A stretch of DNA of 64,000 bases from an uncultured Gemmataceae bacterium (GTDB lineage Bacteria > Planctomycetota > Planctomycetia > Gemmatales > Gemmataceae). Positions 62,501-64,000 of this stretch are shown piece by piece. Every line of letters begins with the position of its first letter. Within the stretch, counting starts at the first letter, position 1. A model generated the notes under the pieces. It was not told the DNA's origin. It saw nothing but the letters and a program-made list of their open reading frames with translations, and did not search any database. The translations under genes were made by a program, and so were the position numbers. Location: assembly GCA_963750165.1 (NCBI GenBank), contig CAVVPN010000011.1, positions 1,888,001-1,952,000 of the forward strand. Reading direction: 5' to 3'.

Positions 62501-62894
62501 GAAGGTGGTGCGGGTGAACCCGGTGAAGGACGTGCGCCTGAACAGCGGCGTGGCAGGCAAGAAGCAGTCGCTGGTGTGCAAGCGCGGCCACGACAACGCC
62601 TACGGCCGGGATCGTGACGCCGGCATGTTTCTGCTCAAGCACATCGGCCATTACACGTCCGAGTGGGTGCTGGTGGCGCGCGACAAGGAGGACCTGTCGC
62701 ACCTGTTCACGCCGGCGAACAACGACGAGTTGTTCCGGCTGTCGAACGAGAAGCGCAAAAAGGCGGGCCTGGGCGAGCGGCGCAACGAGCCCTACTGGAC
62801 GACGCCGGCGCTGCGGCCGGACCTGCAGGTGTGGACGGACGACTATTCCAACCTGCTGGCCGTGTTCCGCTGGCCGTGGCAGTCGGGCCACTGA
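59517..62894 (+). CDS. Multi-TM membrane protein fused to a spermidine-synthase-like SAM-dependent domain
   Basis: LFVSAFLLFLVQPMVGKMILPKLGG..VWNTCMVFFQ, CHGELA, IGLGTGT, YEID, GDARL, VDAFSSDAIPVHL, WTDDYSNL; GGAGG RBS with TTG start. Confidence 0.92.
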   Translation: MALILFAVTLFVSAFLLFLVQPMVGKMILPKLGGTPQVWNTCMVFFQTALLVGYGYTHTVSTFLKVRYQVILHCLVLFVPFLFLLPNLPFNVTGWVPPPGSNPIPATLLLLSLVVGVPFMVVATSAPLLQKWFGSTGHPAAKDPYFLYGASNLGSMLALIAYPALVEPYFHLNASAAFDISRQPWLWTAGYAVLVALILCCAAMVLNAPPTVQLKGAAAGPRSLSDTAGAAASAPATTPETAAAPPAPAVTDVPPVGDDPAAIPPPDTAAAPAPAPVPAPVGASTGVAAGAPPKPTSPATSFKKGSKQGKKGKHKHQHQHQQQAQPQQQAQQSAARSTAVSTTPLPPAPSAPAPAAPTTTTPTTAPATPHDPDAITPGRRVRWVLLAAVPTSLMLGVTSYMSTDISAIPLFWVLPLSLYLLSFIFVFMRSPINWIDQAHTPMLYIQPVLLGLLVLVLAVGANQFFGGIISIIVINLLAFFATALVCHGELAKDRPSTRHLTEFYLWMSVGGMLGGMFNGLVAPVLFPSVWEFSIAIVVACLVRPRMVEQGWTEQLLQYLGQPVDNVPRKPHAKHHHHGARKLTQVAEPSSNMSYTLDVVLPAAVMGLVALLIFGIFQQARGNATALSILFGIGLVMGCLMFGRQLRFGLAVGAILLLAAFNRGGGGALLQERSYFGVISVVNGTEPVVEGDKEIGLRYVHLMHGTTDHGMNFYKPEKKDEPDYSRLATTYYHRLGPVGIGMEKFNWFGGHMPGQIPDYDKTFNTFWADARMPASLVGGLGCDLMGGMAPGLLPLTPVVDTWSEPAYATIGLGTGTMASYARPYQTVHFYEIDDRIKRLSLPVRPGDRTYFTYLEEARKRGANVNVLMGDARLRMAEPWNYKDSSDPAKANADINQWWQDSGLDRLNPKSDEYKDKFAEFFDRLHELRGGPESFYHLIVVDAFSSDAIPVHLITMEAIEMYMSRLVPEGVLCVHTSNRHVELVPVVAKVANAIELPKVVRVNPVKDVRLNSGVAGKKQSLVCKRGHDNAYGRDRDAGMFLLKHIGHYTSEWVLVARDKEDLSHLFTPANNDELFRLSNEKRKKAGLGERRNEPYWTTPALRPDLQVWTDDYSNLLAVFRWPWQSGH

Positions 62895-62929
62895 GCCGGG
62901 TCGCTTGTACCGAATCGTCCTGGCTGTTC

Positions 62930-62961
62930 TTGCTCCCTCCCCCACCAGGGGGAGGGAGCAA
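62930..62961. terminator. GC-rich hairpin downstream of the gene
   Basis: TTGCTCCCTCCCCC-ACCA-GGGGGAGGGAGCAA. Confidence 0.55.
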
Positions 62962-63377
62962 ATCCAAGACAATTCCGTGTTAGCGCTCTGCTCCTTAATC
63001 TTGCCGATCACGCAGTTCACGCCGTCCGGAAAATCCTTGTCCGGCTCTTGTGGCGATATCCAGTGAGTGTCCCGTGGTGCGGGCGTCTCGCCTGCGGGGC
63101 CACACCCTCGGAACGTGCCCTTCCGCACATCAAGCGCCCCGAAACAGCACAATTCACGTACTCTTCCGCACCCCCACCCTCGACATCCCCAGCAGTAGTT
63201 TCCGCAAATCCGTTATAGCAAAACCCCTACAACCAGCGATTCCGGACACCACGTCGGAATCCGGCATAGGTCTTGCAATTATTGAGATAGGGTAACAGAT
63301 GTATCCAATTGTGAAACGAATTACCAGGTCAGCACGGAGACTGCCGTCGGCGAATCCGTGCTCCCTGAAAGCGAGGC

Positions 63378-64000
63378 ATGACCATGTTCCGCTCATCCAC
63401 GCAACCGGTCGCGCGGCGGTCGCGCCGTACCCGCGCCCCTGTCCGCGTCCGCCTTGAAGTCGAGGCGCTGGAGCGGCGCTGGGTGCCGAGCACCGTGATG
63501 AACCTGAACGACAGCGGCTCCGGTTCGCTGCGCCAGGCCATTCTCGACACCGCTGCCGGCGGCACCGTGGACTTCCAGCCCGGCCTGAGCGGCACCATCA
63601 CCCTGACCAGCGGCGAACTGGCCATCGGCAACGACCTCACCATCATTGGCCCCGGCGCCGCCGCTCTCACCGTCAGCGGCAACCATGCCTTTCGGATCTT
63701 CGATGTCATTGGCAGTAGCGTGGCCGTCTCGGGGCTGACCCTCACCGCCGGCCTTAGTAATGACACCGGCGGCGCCGTCCAGAATGCCGGCACGCTGCGG
63801 GTGACCGCGTGCGTGTTCAGCGGCAATGTCGTGAACAGTCAACTGGGCAGTTACCAGGGGGGTGGCGCGGTTTTCAATTCCGGCGTGCTGAACGTGACGG
63901 ACTGCACATTGAGCAACAACGCCGCGAGCGGCGACCAGCAGAACGTGGGCGGCGGCATTTACAACACCGGCACGCTGACCGTCATGAATAGCGTCGTCAC
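63378..64000 (+). CDS. N-terminus of a planctomycete extracellular beta-helix (pectin-lyase-like) repeat protein (runs off the window)
   Basis: Read by hand: MTMFRSS..RLEVEALERRWVPSTVMNLNDSGSGSLRQAI..GTITLTSGEL..GGAVQNAGTL..GGGIYNTGTL. Confidence 0.88.
   Translation, partial: MTMFRSSTQPVARRSRRTRAPVRVRLEVEALERRWVPSTVMNLNDSGSGSLRQAILDTAAGGTVDFQPGLSGTITLTSGELAIGNDLTIIGPGAAALTVSGNHAFRIFDVIGSSVAVSGLTLTAGLSNDTGGAVQNAGTLRVTACVFSGNVVNSQLGSYQGGGAVFNSGVLNVTDCTLSNNAASGDQQNVGGGIYNTGTLTVMNSVV

Noticed and set aside
62960..63377. ncRNA or riboswitch in the AT-richer gap before the last gene
   Set aside because: No recognisable aptamer consensus; a REP (63074-63095) and promoter-like DNA explain it adequately.

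Overview
GC-rich bacterial DNA whose gene content and motifs (MYSVVLMAAL leader, LEVEALERRWVPS extracellular leader, TIGR03066/TIGR03067-like proteins) point to a Planctomycete, probably Gemmataceae-like; this is inferred. The left part (1.6-36 kb, all minus strand) is one co-directional envelope gene cluster: PQQ/TPR beta-propeller protein, three exported prenyltransferase/squalene-oxidase-repeat paralogs, MoxR AAA+ ATPase, DUF58, BatA-VWA and VWA membrane proteins, three large helical proteins, an NPCBM protein and three HtrA-like paralogs. Two of the HtrA paralogs have lost the catalytic serine, and one of these is fused to an apparently dead alpha/beta-hydrolase. Inserted in the cluster are (a) an AT-richer four-helix-bundle (23S-IVP/Avd-like) gene bracketed by inverted TAGTCAT heptamer arrays, with an 'empty' copy of the same cassette at 19.96 kb, and (b) a possible ADP-ribosyltransferase-like gene pair between moxR and DUF58. 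The right part is mixed accessory content: arylsulfatase, PP2C phosphatase, TolC, Wza-like, TPR, SGNH, metallohydrolase-like, spermidine-synthase-like and small secreted Gly/Tyr-rich proteins. Intergenic DNA holds many distinct REP-like palindrome families. About 13 one- or two-base frameshifts, several in G/C runs or CG repeats, look like long-read assembly errors rather than real pseudogenes. No rRNA, tRNA, CRISPR array or transposase was found.
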